The notes beneath the pieces are model-generated. The model was not told where the DNA came from. It saw nothing but the letters and a program-made list of their open reading frames with translations, and made no database searches. This document shows positions 27,397 to 38,009 of a stretch of DNA of 64,000 nt, piece after piece. Source of the DNA: Microgenomates group bacterium Gr01-1014_7. GTDB lineage: Bacteria > Patescibacteriota > Microgenomatia > Daviesbacterales > UBA10151. A program made the position numbers and the translations under genes. The DNA lies in assembly GCA_007376405.1 (NCBI GenBank), contig VMGD01000001.1, positions 2,891-66,890 on the forward strand, in the 5' to 3' direction. Position 1 is the first letter of the stretch; every line of letters starts with the position of its first letter.

Positions 27397-28226
27397 AGTT
27401 TCCTTATCCTTCCTATAAAATATCCCAATCCACCCCCTATCAATTCTGCCGATAACATAATAAACATTCCTATTGATAATATGGGATGCATAATTATCTT
27501 TTTAGGATTTTTATAGAATACAGGACGCAAAAAATAGACAGTTTTAGGTCCAAACATGGGGATATTATGCTTACCTAAATACTTATAAGCATGAAGGGCG
27601 TAATAAAATTTTTTTGAAGCAACTGAAAATAGTGAGTCAATCCTTTCATAATGGTGAATTTCTGATTTTATTCTTCCTACCTTATACCCCATTTCCCTAA
27701 TAGTATCCGGTAAATCCCAATCTTCCGGGCCGGTAATAGTTTCATCGTAACCGCCAGCTTTAAAAAAAACCTCCCTTCTAAAAAGCCTTGCCGCATCTGT
27801 TAGCTCATCACCTTTTTCATTATAGAACGATCGCTCAAAAGCCTTTACCTTACCCCAATAGTTTGAAGCCAGTGACTGCTCAGGAATCACTATCTCACCA
27901 ATTTTCTTATCTGACTCTGCTAACTCCACACATTCTGAAACTAGTTCAGGAGTAAGTTCCATATCAGCATCCAAAATAAGTAAATATTTACCTTTTGCTA
28001 CTTTTGCACCAAAATTTCTCTGAGTGGATCTTTCAGGACCAACTGTATATACCTTTACATTCATTTTTCTGGCAACATCTAAAGTCTTATCAGTTGAATT
28101 ATTATCGACTAAAATAATTTCTTTATTCTTAAAGGTTTGAGTTTTTATAGATCGAATCAGTCTTCCTATAGCATCTTCTTCATTTTTTGTTGTTATAACA
28201 ACTGACACAAGTGGCCCTTTATCCAT
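27393..28226 (-). CDS. GT2-family glycosyltransferase with C-terminal TM helices (polyprenyl-phosphate sugar synthase-like)
   Basis: VSVVITTKNEEDAI...ILVDNNSTDKT...ILDADMEL, with a hydrophobic C-terminus. Confidence 0.75.
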   Translation of the reverse strand: MDKGPLVSVVITTKNEEDAIGRLIRSIKTQTFKNKEIILVDNNSTDKTLDVARKMNVKVYTVGPERSTQRNFGAKVAKGKYLLILDADMELTPELVSECVELAESDKKIGEIVIPEQSLASNYWGKVKAFERSFYNEKGDELTDAARLFRREVFFKAGGYDETITGPEDWDLPDTIREMGYKVGRIKSEIHHYERIDSLFSVASKKFYYALHAYKYLGKHNIPMFGPKTVYFLRPVFYKNPKKIIMHPILSIGMFIMLSAELIGGGLGYFIGRIRKL

Positions 28227-28260
28227 AATTTAAGATAAATACTACCACAAAATCGAGTGC

Positions 28261-28289
28261 TTGCATTAGCTATCCATACAGTGTATAAA
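28261..28289 (+). promoter_or_regulatory. Candidate sigma-70-type promoter (TTGCAT-N17-TATAAA) for the GT2 gene at 28301
   Basis: TTGCAT at 28261-28266 and TATAAA at 28284-28289, with the ATG 11 nt downstream and no Shine-Dalgarno, so the leader would be very short. Confidence 0.35.
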
Positions 28290-28294
28290 AATCA

Positions 28295-28999
28295 TTGATT
28301 ATGCCAAGTATAACCATTGCTATTCCTGTCTATAATGAGGAGGAGAATATTGAATGGGTTATTAAGGATACCTTAAAAACTTTACCCAAATATTTTAAGG
28401 ACTGGGAAATTGTTGCTGTTGATGATGGTTCGAAAGATAAAGTAGGACAAATTCTAGATCAGTTAGCAACTAAAAATTCTAAACTAAAAGTAATCCACCA
28501 AGAGCATGGTGGCTATTCAAAAGCCATGCTGACTGGGATTAAAGCAGCCACAAAAGATTATATCGCTTATATGCCGGCAGATGGGCAATTCTTAGTTTCT
28601 GATATGAGGCATTGTTTTAAGATTATGTCTAAAAATGATCTGGTCTTAGGTTACAGAGGCAGCAGGCCGGACTATACTGTCAAAAGAATTATTTTTTCCT
28701 ATGGTTATCTTTTACTTTTATTATTTCTGTTTGGCATCCGTTGGATAGATATTGGTTGGGTAAATATTTGGAGAAGGAAAGAAGTCCAAAAGCTAAAATT
28801 AAAAGATACAGGCGGAATTTTTATTTTGACTGAAATCGTTGTCAGGTTTATTAGGAAAGGTTTAAAAATTGATGAAGCTCCTTCCTATTATCATGTCAGA
28901 TCTAAAGGAGAAGCAAAAAATGCTAAATTAAAAGTGGTATTTAATACTTTTTTATCAGCATTAAAACTAAAATTGGAGCTGATGAATCTTTTTCACTAA
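28295..28999 (+). CDS. GT2-family polyprenyl-phosphate glycosyltransferase-like (GtrB/DPM1/ArnC type)
   Basis: ITIAIPVYNEEENIEWVI...IVAVDDGSKD...YMPADGQF and C-terminal hydrophobic helices. The ORF-track start is a TTG. The ATG at 28301 is more likely. Confidence 0.75.
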   Translation: MIMPSITIAIPVYNEEENIEWVIKDTLKTLPKYFKDWEIVAVDDGSKDKVGQILDQLATKNSKLKVIHQEHGGYSKAMLTGIKAATKDYIAYMPADGQFLVSDMRHCFKIMSKNDLVLGYRGSRPDYTVKRIIFSYGYLLLLLFLFGIRWIDIGWVNIWRRKEVQKLKLKDTGGIFILTEIVVRFIRKGLKIDEAPSYYHVRSKGEAKNAKLKVVFNTFLSALKLKLELMNLFH

Positions 29000-29006
29000 T
29001 TGAAAT

Positions 29007-30662
29007 TTGATATCCGACTTATGTAAAATAGTTACCATGTCAGTAACAAAACTTTTTACTTTATTTCCTCCCTTCATTTATTATGCAATGCTTCTACTTA
29101 TTGTTGGGATTTTTGTTTTTAATAAAACTTTTCACCTATCACTCATTGGTGATGAGTGGCAAATGATGTGGATAGTTAAAAATTCAGTAGTAACAACTGG
29201 GCAATGGGATTTGCATATAAATCAGACTTTCGGACAGGGATATCGCATGGGAGCATTAATAATGTATCTTCTTACAGAGTATTTTGGATATGATGGAAAA
29301 ACTGTTTATATATTCTCATTTATAACAAGATTTTTTGCTACTTTAACTTTATTTTATTTCTTAAGAAAAAGAGGGTGCTCCTATTTAGCAGCTTTTTTAG
29401 GATCACTTTTTTTCCTAGTAACGCCGATTGGGTTACAGGCAACTGATTGGGCAAAAAATTTCACATCTTATATATCTATTAGCTTTTTTCTGCTTTGTAT
29501 CGACTCTATTTATAGTCTAAAATCTTGGAGAAGCATTTTATTTTTTCTTCTTACTTTTTCAATCTCAATTTATGTTAATCCAATCAGAAGCCATGGTATA
29601 ATTTTGACAACTACATTTTTATTAATCTTCCAATATTTTTTTAGCAGATCAGTGGATAAAAAAAGGATTATCTTTTCTTTATTTTGTTCTTTAGCTATAT
29701 TTTTTCTATTTTTAAAAATGTTGGTTTTTGGCGGGATTACTATTGGGCAAATAGAAACGCTTTTCGGCTCAATCGGTGCCGCACTATTACCCCAACCTTC
29801 TTTACCTTACCTTATCCTATTAGTTGTAACTTTATTGCTTTGGAAAAGGTATTTAGTGAGTAAAAAATACTTATTATTTACCTTAAGTCTCCATACTCTT
29901 ATCATCCCTATTTTCTTTGGTACGTTTTTAAACATTTCAAACGATAAATTGTTCGCTATTCTAGGTATTTATTTTACATTATTTATGATATATGTATTTA
30001 TAATTGAGTTATCAAATAAGAAAACACCTGAAGCTTTAAATGCAGCCTTACCATTTTTGTTAATTATTTGTTTTCTTATTGCTCCTTGGTTAGTAGGAAC
30101 TCCTATTGTAGGTCCAACTCATAGATACCTGATTTATTCTGCTCTATCACTACCAATAATAGTAGCATTCTCATTAAATCAAAATATGCTTCTGAAACTT
30201 AGGTCAATTAGCTTTTGTATTACTTCGTTATTTTTACTAATGTTTTATTTATCTTTAAAATCAGATATAAACGAAATGTACAGTTTCCATAATCAAAATA
30301 CTGCTAAAATAATCTGGCAGCAAATCGCCCCTTATTTTGACAATTATGATTTTAAAAATCATACGCCGGTTGTTTTTTTTGATTCAAATAATGAAGCAGC
30401 TATCGTACATGATGTTGTAACTTTTGGATTTGGATTTCATATGGGTTATATATATAAAATTTGGGTATATGATATCAAGGAGATGAATAATAAATTACCG
30501 ATTGCTGTGGATAGCTTGGCTGATTTTACTTCGATGGTTACAGATGGAAAGGTTATTAAAAAATATGTGGGTAAAGATGCTAAGCCTTTTATATTTCCAA
30601 AAGCAGACGCTTTCTACTTCAAAATTGATAATTTAAAAGTTACTAGAGTTGAGGATTTTTAA
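29007..30662 (+). CDS. Large polytopic membrane protein, member 3 of the GT-C-like family
   Basis: GDEW acidic motif after TM1, a PTHRYLIYSALSL block, and the C-terminal soluble domain (VVTFGFGFHMGYIY...) shared with members 4 and 5. Confidence 0.5.
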   Translation: MISDLCKIVTMSVTKLFTLFPPFIYYAMLLLIVGIFVFNKTFHLSLIGDEWQMMWIVKNSVVTTGQWDLHINQTFGQGYRMGALIMYLLTEYFGYDGKTVYIFSFITRFFATLTLFYFLRKRGCSYLAAFLGSLFFLVTPIGLQATDWAKNFTSYISISFFLLCIDSIYSLKSWRSILFFLLTFSISIYVNPIRSHGIILTTTFLLIFQYFFSRSVDKKRIIFSLFCSLAIFFLFLKMLVFGGITIGQIETLFGSIGAALLPQPSLPYLILLVVTLLLWKRYLVSKKYLLFTLSLHTLIIPIFFGTFLNISNDKLFAILGIYFTLFMIYVFIIELSNKKTPEALNAALPFLLIICFLIAPWLVGTPIVGPTHRYLIYSALSLPIIVAFSLNQNMLLKLRSISFCITSLFLLMFYLSLKSDINEMYSFHNQNTAKIIWQQIAPYFDNYDFKNHTPVVFFDSNNEAAIVHDVVTFGFGFHMGYIYKIWVYDIKEMNNKLPIAVDSLADFTSMVTDGKVIKKYVGKDAKPFIFPKADAFYFKIDNLKVTRVEDF

Positions 30663-31491
30663 CTGGAGCAAAATTGGTAACAATAGGATAATGATCTGAT
30701 GCCGTAGAATCTATTTTTTGTGCATTAATAACTTGCAGGTTTTTACTCCAAATATAATCTAGTTTTCTTCTGACGTGGACGTTTAGGTGTTTAATTACCT
30801 TTTTTACTAATCCTGGTTTTTCACCAAAATCAGAATTATAAATATCAGCACTCCAGACTATATCTTTTGTAGCATCAGTAAATGAGTACATATCAAACAA
30901 CCCTCGCATAGCTTGGACTTCTTTGCCTGTTTTAAAGAGGTCAATGGTATTAAAGTCACCACAAATGATTTCATATTCAACTTTTGGTTTATCTTTTATG
31001 AAATCAAGTATATACTTCGCCTGCTTTATTCTATTTTTTGTTCCCCCTACAGTATCTAAACGAAGGGAAGTGATTCTTAAAGAGTGACCATTCAGAGAAA
31101 AGGTTCCTACAATCGCTCTATTTTGTAAAGGAGTATCAATATAACCCGTAGACCTTAACACTAGCCTATCTAGCAAGGGGTATTTCTTCATCTTCGGTAA
31201 ATTTATCTTTTCAATCTTTTGAAGTTTCAAAATACTTTCATCCCAAAGAATACCAACACCTACGTCTAGGTAATTTCCTTCTTCTCCAACAAAATATTCT
31301 AATTTCCAATTTTTCCCTAATTCCTTTAACAAAACATCTACAATAAATTCATTTTCAGGAAGTCTCAAAACTTCCTGAAAGCAGAATACATTCACTCCGT
31401 TTTGTATCATCTGAATAATTGTCTTTATTAATAACTGAGGACGTCTTGAATATTCTATATTATACGTAGCGACGGAAAGAGAGGTATTCAT
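30643..31491 (-). CDS. Endonuclease/exonuclease/phosphatase (EEP, DNase I-like fold) family protein
   Basis: ATYNI, FCFQEV, ICGDFN and a C-terminal SDHYPIVTNF match the ordered EEP catalytic motifs. Confidence 0.7.
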   Translation of the reverse strand: MNTSLSVATYNIEYSRRPQLLIKTIIQMIQNGVNVFCFQEVLRLPENEFIVDVLLKELGKNWKLEYFVGEEGNYLDVGVGILWDESILKLQKIEKINLPKMKKYPLLDRLVLRSTGYIDTPLQNRAIVGTFSLNGHSLRITSLRLDTVGGTKNRIKQAKYILDFIKDKPKVEYEIICGDFNTIDLFKTGKEVQAMRGLFDMYSFTDATKDIVWSADIYNSDFGEKPGLVKKVIKHLNVHVRRKLDYIWSKNLQVINAQKIDSTASDHYPIVTNFAPVKNPQL

Positions 31492-31641
31492 AAAAAAATA
31501 TTATACTTATAATGATATCATACGTATTAAGAAATACCTTTCGATTAGATAAGTTTAACTTATATACTACTATGATTTTATTAAACTGAATGGTAGAATA
31601 AAATGTTCAGACTAAAATATTAAGTTATACTTAAATTATCT

Positions 31642-33411
31642 ATGCTGCTTAAATTATCGAAGAATTTCTTATTTATTTTTTCTATATTACTGATTAGTTT
31701 ATTTACTCTTTACCCAAGTTTTAATTTGGCATTATTTGGTGATGACTGGTTGGTGATCTATAGGTATGTCAGTGACGTTGGGTCTATTTCTGCAGGGTTT
31801 TCAAAACATTTGCACGAATACCTCTCTCCTTATGGCCCCACTCAAGTTTTTATGGGTATACTGGAACAACTCTACAATTATAATTCTACTTTTTACTATA
31901 TAACCTCATATTTGCTTAGACTTTTTGCTGCTTTTTCACTCTTCCCTATTACTTTTTATCTAACCAGAAATAAATTATCCGCTTTTTTTGCAGTTCTTTT
32001 TTTCAGTGTAACAACTACTGGTTTCGATACTACCAATTGGGTATTCAATATGACTTCTTATTTAGCCATCGGTTTTATTAGTCTCTTTCTATTTTTTTAT
32101 TTAAGATCTAAAGAGGAAGAAAGGACGATTTTTTTGGTACCTGCAATAATTCTTTTTTATCTCGCCTATATTACCTCTTCAATTAGAATGCATGCTACAT
32201 TACCTTTACTTATTCTGCTGGAAATTATCTGGAATTTCCAAGAAAGAAATCTCATTTTTGCTCGAAAATCTCTTGTAAGGCTCACGTTAGTAGTAGTAAC
32301 TATTTTATTCATTCGTTTTACTGGCGCTTCGTTTGGACAGCCTACCGAGGCCGCTGATAGGTTTAGGGAAGGTATTAGTACTGCCAAATTATTTCTTAAT
32401 CAAGGGCGATACGATTTCCTAGCATATCCATTGGCATCTTTTGGAAGTATATTTATTCCAGATGCTATTTTACCTTTTTCGGGCCAAGTTTCATCAATCA
32501 AAAATCTTATCATAAATATGGTGCTACCAATTTTACTGATTTTTGTTATAGTATCTAGATTTCTTATGAAATTAACCTATGATTTAAAGAGAGATTTCTT
32601 TGGCATTTTATTTGCTCTTACAATTGTCTGGACAATTATTGCAATCATTTTTTATAAAGGTAACATTTCCACCTTCTCTTCAGCTGCTTATAACTCACTT
32701 TTATTAATAGGTGGTTATATATTTATCCTTGGTCTGATGTTGATAATTAAAAACATAAAGCTAAAATCTACTTCAACTTTACTTATTCTGTCGCTTGCAT
32801 GGATATTACTATCTTATTTGTATGCGTGGTGGTGGAAACCTGAATCCTTATATTTAACAACTCACAGATATCTTATTGTTGGAGCGGCTGGAGCGGCTAT
32901 ATTTTTATCTGGTCTTATAAGTTTAGGAAAAAGCAAGCGTAATCAGATTACGATCTTCATGATGTTTGTTCCCTTATTAATAATACATATTTATTCAACC
33001 AGAATGTATGAGAATCAATTAATATCTTCCGGACATGGTCAAGAAATTTTCAATAAAATATGGGCATCTATTCCTTATATACCGGAAATTAGCAAAAAAG
33101 AAAAAGCATCTATTTTCTATTTCGAAGGAGACGGGACTAATGGCAGTATCCTACACGATAGTATCACCTTTGGTTTTTCACCTCACATGGCTCTGCTTTA
33201 CAATATTACTGAAAGTAATAAAATACCACAAGCGATGGATTCTTGGGAAGATGTGGTGTCTGCTGTTAATGATGGAAAAATTTTAAAAAAGTATGGTATT
33301 GCAAAAGACCCAATTCCCATAGATAATGTATACGCTTTTAAACTTGAAGGAAAAGATCATCTTATAAACCTCACCACTCAAGCACGGGAGAAACTATTGA
33401 AGGTACCATGA
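31642..33411 (+). CDS. Large polytopic membrane protein, member 4 of the GT-C-like family (tandem paralog of 33971-35767)
   Basis: N-terminus LYPSFNLALFGDDWLVIYRY, AWWWKPESLYLTTHRYLIV, and C-terminal GDGTNGSILHDSITFGFSPHM...DPIPIDNVYAFKLEG...TQAREKL. Confidence 0.5.
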   Translation: MLLKLSKNFLFIFSILLISLFTLYPSFNLALFGDDWLVIYRYVSDVGSISAGFSKHLHEYLSPYGPTQVFMGILEQLYNYNSTFYYITSYLLRLFAAFSLFPITFYLTRNKLSAFFAVLFFSVTTTGFDTTNWVFNMTSYLAIGFISLFLFFYLRSKEEERTIFLVPAIILFYLAYITSSIRMHATLPLLILLEIIWNFQERNLIFARKSLVRLTLVVVTILFIRFTGASFGQPTEAADRFREGISTAKLFLNQGRYDFLAYPLASFGSIFIPDAILPFSGQVSSIKNLIINMVLPILLIFVIVSRFLMKLTYDLKRDFFGILFALTIVWTIIAIIFYKGNISTFSSAAYNSLLLIGGYIFILGLMLIIKNIKLKSTSTLLILSLAWILLSYLYAWWWKPESLYLTTHRYLIVGAAGAAIFLSGLISLGKSKRNQITIFMMFVPLLIIHIYSTRMYENQLISSGHGQEIFNKIWASIPYIPEISKKEKASIFYFEGDGTNGSILHDSITFGFSPHMALLYNITESNKIPQAMDSWEDVVSAVNDGKILKKYGIAKDPIPIDNVYAFKLEGKDHLINLTTQAREKLLKVP

Positions 33412-33974
33412 AGAAATTTAATATATCAGTTATTACCACTCCGTATCGAGCTAAGTTAATAATTTCAATTTATAAGAGTTGGTTTAAAAGAAACGGGAAA
33501 GCGCTAGATGTGGGTTGTGGAACAGGTATAGTTGCCAATATATTAAAGAAAGAATTAGGGCTTAAGATTACTGGATGTGATGTTAAAAACTATTTAATTC
33601 ATAATATTCCATTCGTTAAGGTAAAAGGCGATAAACTTCCATTTCCTAAACATAGTTTTGATGTTGTTCTATTTAATGATGTCTTACATCACATTGATAA
33701 ACCAAAACAGGAGCAGGTAATAAGTGAGGCTCTTAGAGTTGGAAAAAATGTTTTTATTTTTGAATACGAAGCTGGTACAGGTGGCAAAATATTAGACATT
33801 GTACTTAACAAATTCCACTATGATGATCTTAATACTCCCTTAGCATTTAGGAGTGCTAATGAATGGAAGCAATTATTCAAAAAACTATCTGCCAACTATG
33901 ATTATATTAAACTGAAAAAACCCTTTTGGTATCCATTCACACATATAGCATTTAGAGTAAGTAAAAATAAATGA
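33408..33974 (+). CDS. Class I SAM-dependent methyltransferase
   Basis: ALDVGCGTGIVANIL (motif I), DVVLFNDVLHH. It sits between the two tandem membrane paralogs with ATGA overlaps on both sides. Confidence 0.75.
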   Translation: MKKFNISVITTPYRAKLIISIYKSWFKRNGKALDVGCGTGIVANILKKELGLKITGCDVKNYLIHNIPFVKVKGDKLPFPKHSFDVVLFNDVLHHIDKPKQEQVISEALRVGKNVFIFEYEAGTGGKILDIVLNKFHYDDLNTPLAFRSANEWKQLFKKLSANYDYIKLKKPFWYPFTHIAFRVSKNK

Positions 33975-35767
33975 GGTCGATAATATCAATTCTTCTTATT
34001 GTATTATTAAGTTTGTTTACATTTTTCCCTTCTTTTAATTTAGCTCTTTTTGGAGACGACTGGCTGGCTTTCTATAGATATAGTAAAATATTAGGACCAT
34101 TTGCCCAGGATAATTCGTCGACTCATCTCAAGTACTTCTTAACTCCATACGGCGCACAAGACATCCTTATGGGCTTGCTACAAAAAATATACGGTTATCA
34201 ATCATCACTTTATTATCTCACTTCATATATATTCAGAATTATCGCTGCTGTTTCTTTTTATCCACTTACTTTATATCTAACCAAAAGTAAATTGGCAGCC
34301 TTTTTTGCAATACTTTTTTTCTCAATTACCGCCATAGGCATTGATACAACCAACTGGGTCTTTAATATGCCCTCCTATATTACCATAGCATTGTTTAATT
34401 TATTCTTATATTTTTTTCTTAAATCCCGTGAGGATAAAAAACCTAAGTTACTGCTTATTATTAGCGGCTTACTTTACTATTTAGCATATGTTATTACCCC
34501 TATTAGAATGCATGGGTCATTGCTACTTATTTTTTTATTAGAGACATTCTGGTTTTTTCAAAAAAGAGATAAAAAGACATTAAAAAAAATTATCTTAAGA
34601 CTTACAATAATAATTTTAATATTCTTAATTATAAGATACACCGGACATTCACAAGGACCTCCCGAAGAAATAAGTCAACGACTTAATATAGGAATAACTA
34701 CGGATTTAACTATGCTTAAGTATGGAAGATTTGACTTTATTTTTTATCCTATTGTTATGTTTGGCGCTATGTTTCTTCCGGATTTACGGAGTTTCCTCCT
34801 TGGTCCAGATCAATTATTAGGATATAGTATACCAACATTTTCGTATGTGAATCTTATTTTTATCTATCTTACTCCGGCATTTTTGGGCTTCTTGTTACTA
34901 AATTTTGTTTTAATGAAGAATATTTCTTTATCAAGTAATTTTTTTTGGAGAAATGGAATAGCCGGGTTGTTATGGATAATAATTACCTTATTAATTCATC
35001 AGTTTAACGCAACCATTTTTTTTGATGAGAAGTATATCCTTTCTTTAACGCTTGGAGGCTTTGCAATAATTATCATACTTTCCTTAATCTTAAAATTTTT
35101 TAAAGAGATAAATATCACTACGTCATTATTTTTATCTTTTTCTTGGTCAATATTGGCTTTTTTCTTTGCATGGTGGTGGGTACCTAATACTATATTTCCT
35201 ACTCCCTATAGATATTTCATAGTTTCCGCTGTTGGGATTTCAATCTTTTTGGCAACTATTATTGGTTTAGGAAAAAATATAAAGCAGCGGATCAATATTT
35301 TTTCGTTTTTGCTGATTTTAGTTATTATTCATGTAATATCAACTCATTCCTATTTGAGTCAATTAAAAGATATCCGTTCACAAGAACTTTATAATAGGGT
35401 TTGGTCTCAAATGCCATATGTTCCCGCAGTTGGCAAAACATCTCGTCCGATTATTTTTTATTTTGAAGGAGATGGCACCGTGGCTAATGCAAACATCTTG
35501 TATAGTGTGATAGCCTTTGGTTTTCCACCGCACATGTACTTACTTTATAATCTTACTTCTGATGCTCAAATTCCAGCAATAATGGACACTTGGGATGAGG
35601 TTATATCTGCTGTCAAAGATGGAAAATCTTTTAAAAGGCATATCGGTACAGCCATAGATCCAATACCTATTGATAATGTATTTGCTTATCATCTTGAGGG
35701 CGCAGACAGGCTTATTAATATAACGGATTTAGCCAGAGAAAAATTAAGGCAAACGCTTAATAATTAG
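33971..35767 (+). CDS. Large polytopic membrane protein, member 5 of the GT-C-like family
   Basis: FFPSFNLALFGDDWLAFYRY, AWWWVPNTIFPTPYRYFIV, and C-terminal GDGTVANANILYSVIAFGFPPHM...DPIPIDNVFAYHLEG...LAREKL. Confidence 0.5.
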   Translation: MRSIISILLIVLLSLFTFFPSFNLALFGDDWLAFYRYSKILGPFAQDNSSTHLKYFLTPYGAQDILMGLLQKIYGYQSSLYYLTSYIFRIIAAVSFYPLTLYLTKSKLAAFFAILFFSITAIGIDTTNWVFNMPSYITIALFNLFLYFFLKSREDKKPKLLLIISGLLYYLAYVITPIRMHGSLLLIFLLETFWFFQKRDKKTLKKIILRLTIIILIFLIIRYTGHSQGPPEEISQRLNIGITTDLTMLKYGRFDFIFYPIVMFGAMFLPDLRSFLLGPDQLLGYSIPTFSYVNLIFIYLTPAFLGFLLLNFVLMKNISLSSNFFWRNGIAGLLWIIITLLIHQFNATIFFDEKYILSLTLGGFAIIIILSLILKFFKEINITTSLFLSFSWSILAFFFAWWWVPNTIFPTPYRYFIVSAVGISIFLATIIGLGKNIKQRINIFSFLLILVIIHVISTHSYLSQLKDIRSQELYNRVWSQMPYVPAVGKTSRPIIFYFEGDGTVANANILYSVIAFGFPPHMYLLYNLTSDAQIPAIMDTWDEVISAVKDGKSFKRHIGTAIDPIPIDNVFAYHLEGADRLINITDLAREKLRQTLNN

Positions 35768-37090
35768 TTAAACAATTCTAGGTTCTGGTAAAGGGATAAT
35801 AAACTTACCCCTAAATCCTCTTTGCTTTAATTTTGGTATTAATTCTTCTGCGATGTGCCATGATAAAAGCAAAGCATAATCAGGTTGATCTTTAAATAAT
35901 ATAGATTCTTCAAGAATAGGTATTTTTGTACCGGGGATATATTTTCCTATTTTATAAGAACCTTTAATTTCCACAACACAATCCAATATATCCTGGTCTA
36001 AACCTAAATAATTGATCAAGGTACTGGCTCTTGAAGGAGCGCTTATCCCAAAGATTGTTTTTCTTTTTTTCTTGATATCAAAAAGCAAGCTTTGCAATCC
36101 TAATTTTGATAATACAACCCTATCTTTAAATTTAAGTAAGCTATCCATGCTAGTAACCACTTCTTTTTCCTTTGCTAATATTTCAGTGACGCTTTTATTT
36201 TTACTATATAAACCTTTTTTGGCAGCATATACTCTTATGGAGCCTCCGTGCGAGGGTATTTGTTTTGCATGAAAAATTTCCAGTCCATGCTTCTTTAAGA
36301 GATAACTTAAGCTAGTCAAAGAATAATACCTCAAATGCTCATGATAGATAGTGTCATACTGGACTGTTCTTATTAGTGGATAAAGATAGTGTGATTCAGA
36401 AATAAACACACCATCTGTTTGAAGTAAGGAGACAATATTATCCAAGACCCCGTTCACATCCTCTATGTGTGCAAATACATTGGCAGCTGTGACAACCTTT
36501 GCTTTTCCATATTTTTTCTTAATTTTATCAACTACTTCAGGTCTAAAATAATCCAATACTGTAGGTATATTCTTTTCAATAGCTAATTTGCCAATATCCT
36601 CCGGAGTAACTCCTAAAACCTTAGCATATGAAACAAAATTACTAAGCAGTGTACCGTCATTACTTCCAATATCCACTACTAAATCTTCTGTATGTAAACC
36701 AATGATTTTCTTTACTTCTTGTCCTAAATCAGCGAAATTATCTCTTAATACTTTTGTTGTTCCACTTGTGTAAGGATATTCTTTAGGAAAAATTATTTGG
36801 GGGTCTACCGCTAAACCGAGTTGAACTAAATGACATTTAGAACAATACAGTAATTCCGCTGGATAACTGGGTTGTTCTTTAGGTTTTGAGCCAATAGGAT
36901 GCAGCTGGTTAACAGGAGGCAAATATCCCAAGAACAAAACGGATTTCAAATTTGAATTATTACAAATTTGGCAATTTTCTACTACAGCACTACCACCGGT
37001 TCCAAATACAGATTTCAAATTTAGCTTAATCATTTTTAAATTGTAAATGGGCAAAGGCATTATACCATTCGATTGTTTTTTGTAAACCAT
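35768..37090 (-). CDS. NDP-hexose C-methyltransferase (TylCIII-like), paralog 2
   Basis: CQICN...(36 aa)...CSKCHLVQL zinc-ribbon, VVDIGSNDGTLL and HGGSIRVYAAKK. Paralog of 22725-23972. The probable start is the internal Met near 37033. Confidence 0.7.
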   Translation of the reverse strand: MVYKKQSNGIMPLPIYNLKMIKLNLKSVFGTGGSAVVENCQICNNSNLKSVLFLGYLPPVNQLHPIGSKPKEQPSYPAELLYCSKCHLVQLGLAVDPQIIFPKEYPYTSGTTKVLRDNFADLGQEVKKIIGLHTEDLVVDIGSNDGTLLSNFVSYAKVLGVTPEDIGKLAIEKNIPTVLDYFRPEVVDKIKKKYGKAKVVTAANVFAHIEDVNGVLDNIVSLLQTDGVFISESHYLYPLIRTVQYDTIYHEHLRYYSLTSLSYLLKKHGLEIFHAKQIPSHGGSIRVYAAKKGLYSKNKSVTEILAKEKEVVTSMDSLLKFKDRVVLSKLGLQSLLFDIKKKRKTIFGISAPSRASTLINYLGLDQDILDCVVEIKGSYKIGKYIPGTKIPILEESILFKDQPDYALLLSWHIAEELIPKLKQRGFRGKFIIPLPEPRIV

Positions 37091-38009
37091 CTTTCAAAGA
37101 AGTCTTTTGCTTAAAACCTAGCTTTTTTAGTTTTGTTATATCCGGACAACGACGTAAAGTACTGCCTTTAGTCAATTTTCCGGGAACTATCTTAATCTTT
37201 ACATTAAAACATGCACCAATTTCTTCGGCTAGCTGCGAAATTGTAATTTCTTGCATTGTGCCAATATTATAAATTTCTAAATGTTTGCCTTTATCTAAAA
37301 CTGTTAATAAACCATCTGTGAAATCATCAATATACATATAAGCTCTAGTTTCTTTTCCAGAACCCTGTATTGGTAACCTAATAACGCCTTTACCCTTTTT
37401 ATCTCCAATTATTTTTTTTATTCGTAAAGTTAGTTGTGGTATCACATGTTCAAATCTCATATTCGGACCATAGACATTATGAGGTCTAACAATCATTACC
37501 TTATTAAAAAATTTACGTCCATAATTTATGGCCAAAATTTCTGAAATAATTTTTCCTGCTCCATAGGAGTATCTGGAATTAAATGGATCAGGAATAACCA
37601 TGGCAACTGTTTCTGGTGTAGGAATAATATTAGGAGTTTGATAGACTTCAGAACTGGATACTAAGATAAAATTTTTTACTTTATGTTTAATAGAACCATC
37701 TAATATATTAATAATACCCTTCACACCGACTTCTAAAATTAATTCAGGCTTTGTATAAAAATATTCTGTTCCATTTATGTATGCTAGATGGATTATGCAA
37801 TCTATCTTTTGACAAGCTTTCTCAACTACCTCTTTATCCCTAATATCTCCTTTTATAAATTCAAACTTGCCTTCAATATCTTTAAGTCTTGCTATCTCAC
37901 CCCTAGAGTCATTATCTAGGATTCTGACCCTATGTCCTTGTTTGATAAGAGATTTGGTAAGACTGCTTCCAATGAATCCTGTTCCTCCCGTAACGAGATA
38001 GTGTTTCAT
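37026..38009 (-). CDS. NAD-dependent nucleotide-sugar epimerase/dehydratase (SDR)
   Basis: YLVTGGTGFIGSSL, VSSSEVYQ and YSYGAGKIISE (the YxxxK catalytic pair). Confidence 0.75.
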   Translation of the reverse strand: MKHYLVTGGTGFIGSSLTKSLIKQGHRVRILDNDSRGEIARLKDIEGKFEFIKGDIRDKEVVEKACQKIDCIIHLAYINGTEYFYTKPELILEVGVKGIINILDGSIKHKVKNFILVSSSEVYQTPNIIPTPETVAMVIPDPFNSRYSYGAGKIISEILAINYGRKFFNKVMIVRPHNVYGPNMRFEHVIPQLTLRIKKIIGDKKGKGVIRLPIQGSGKETRAYMYIDDFTDGLLTVLDKGKHLEIYNIGTMQEITISQLAEEIGACFNVKIKIVPGKLTKGSTLRRCPDITKLKKLGFKQKTSLKDGLQKTIEWYNAFAHLQFKND

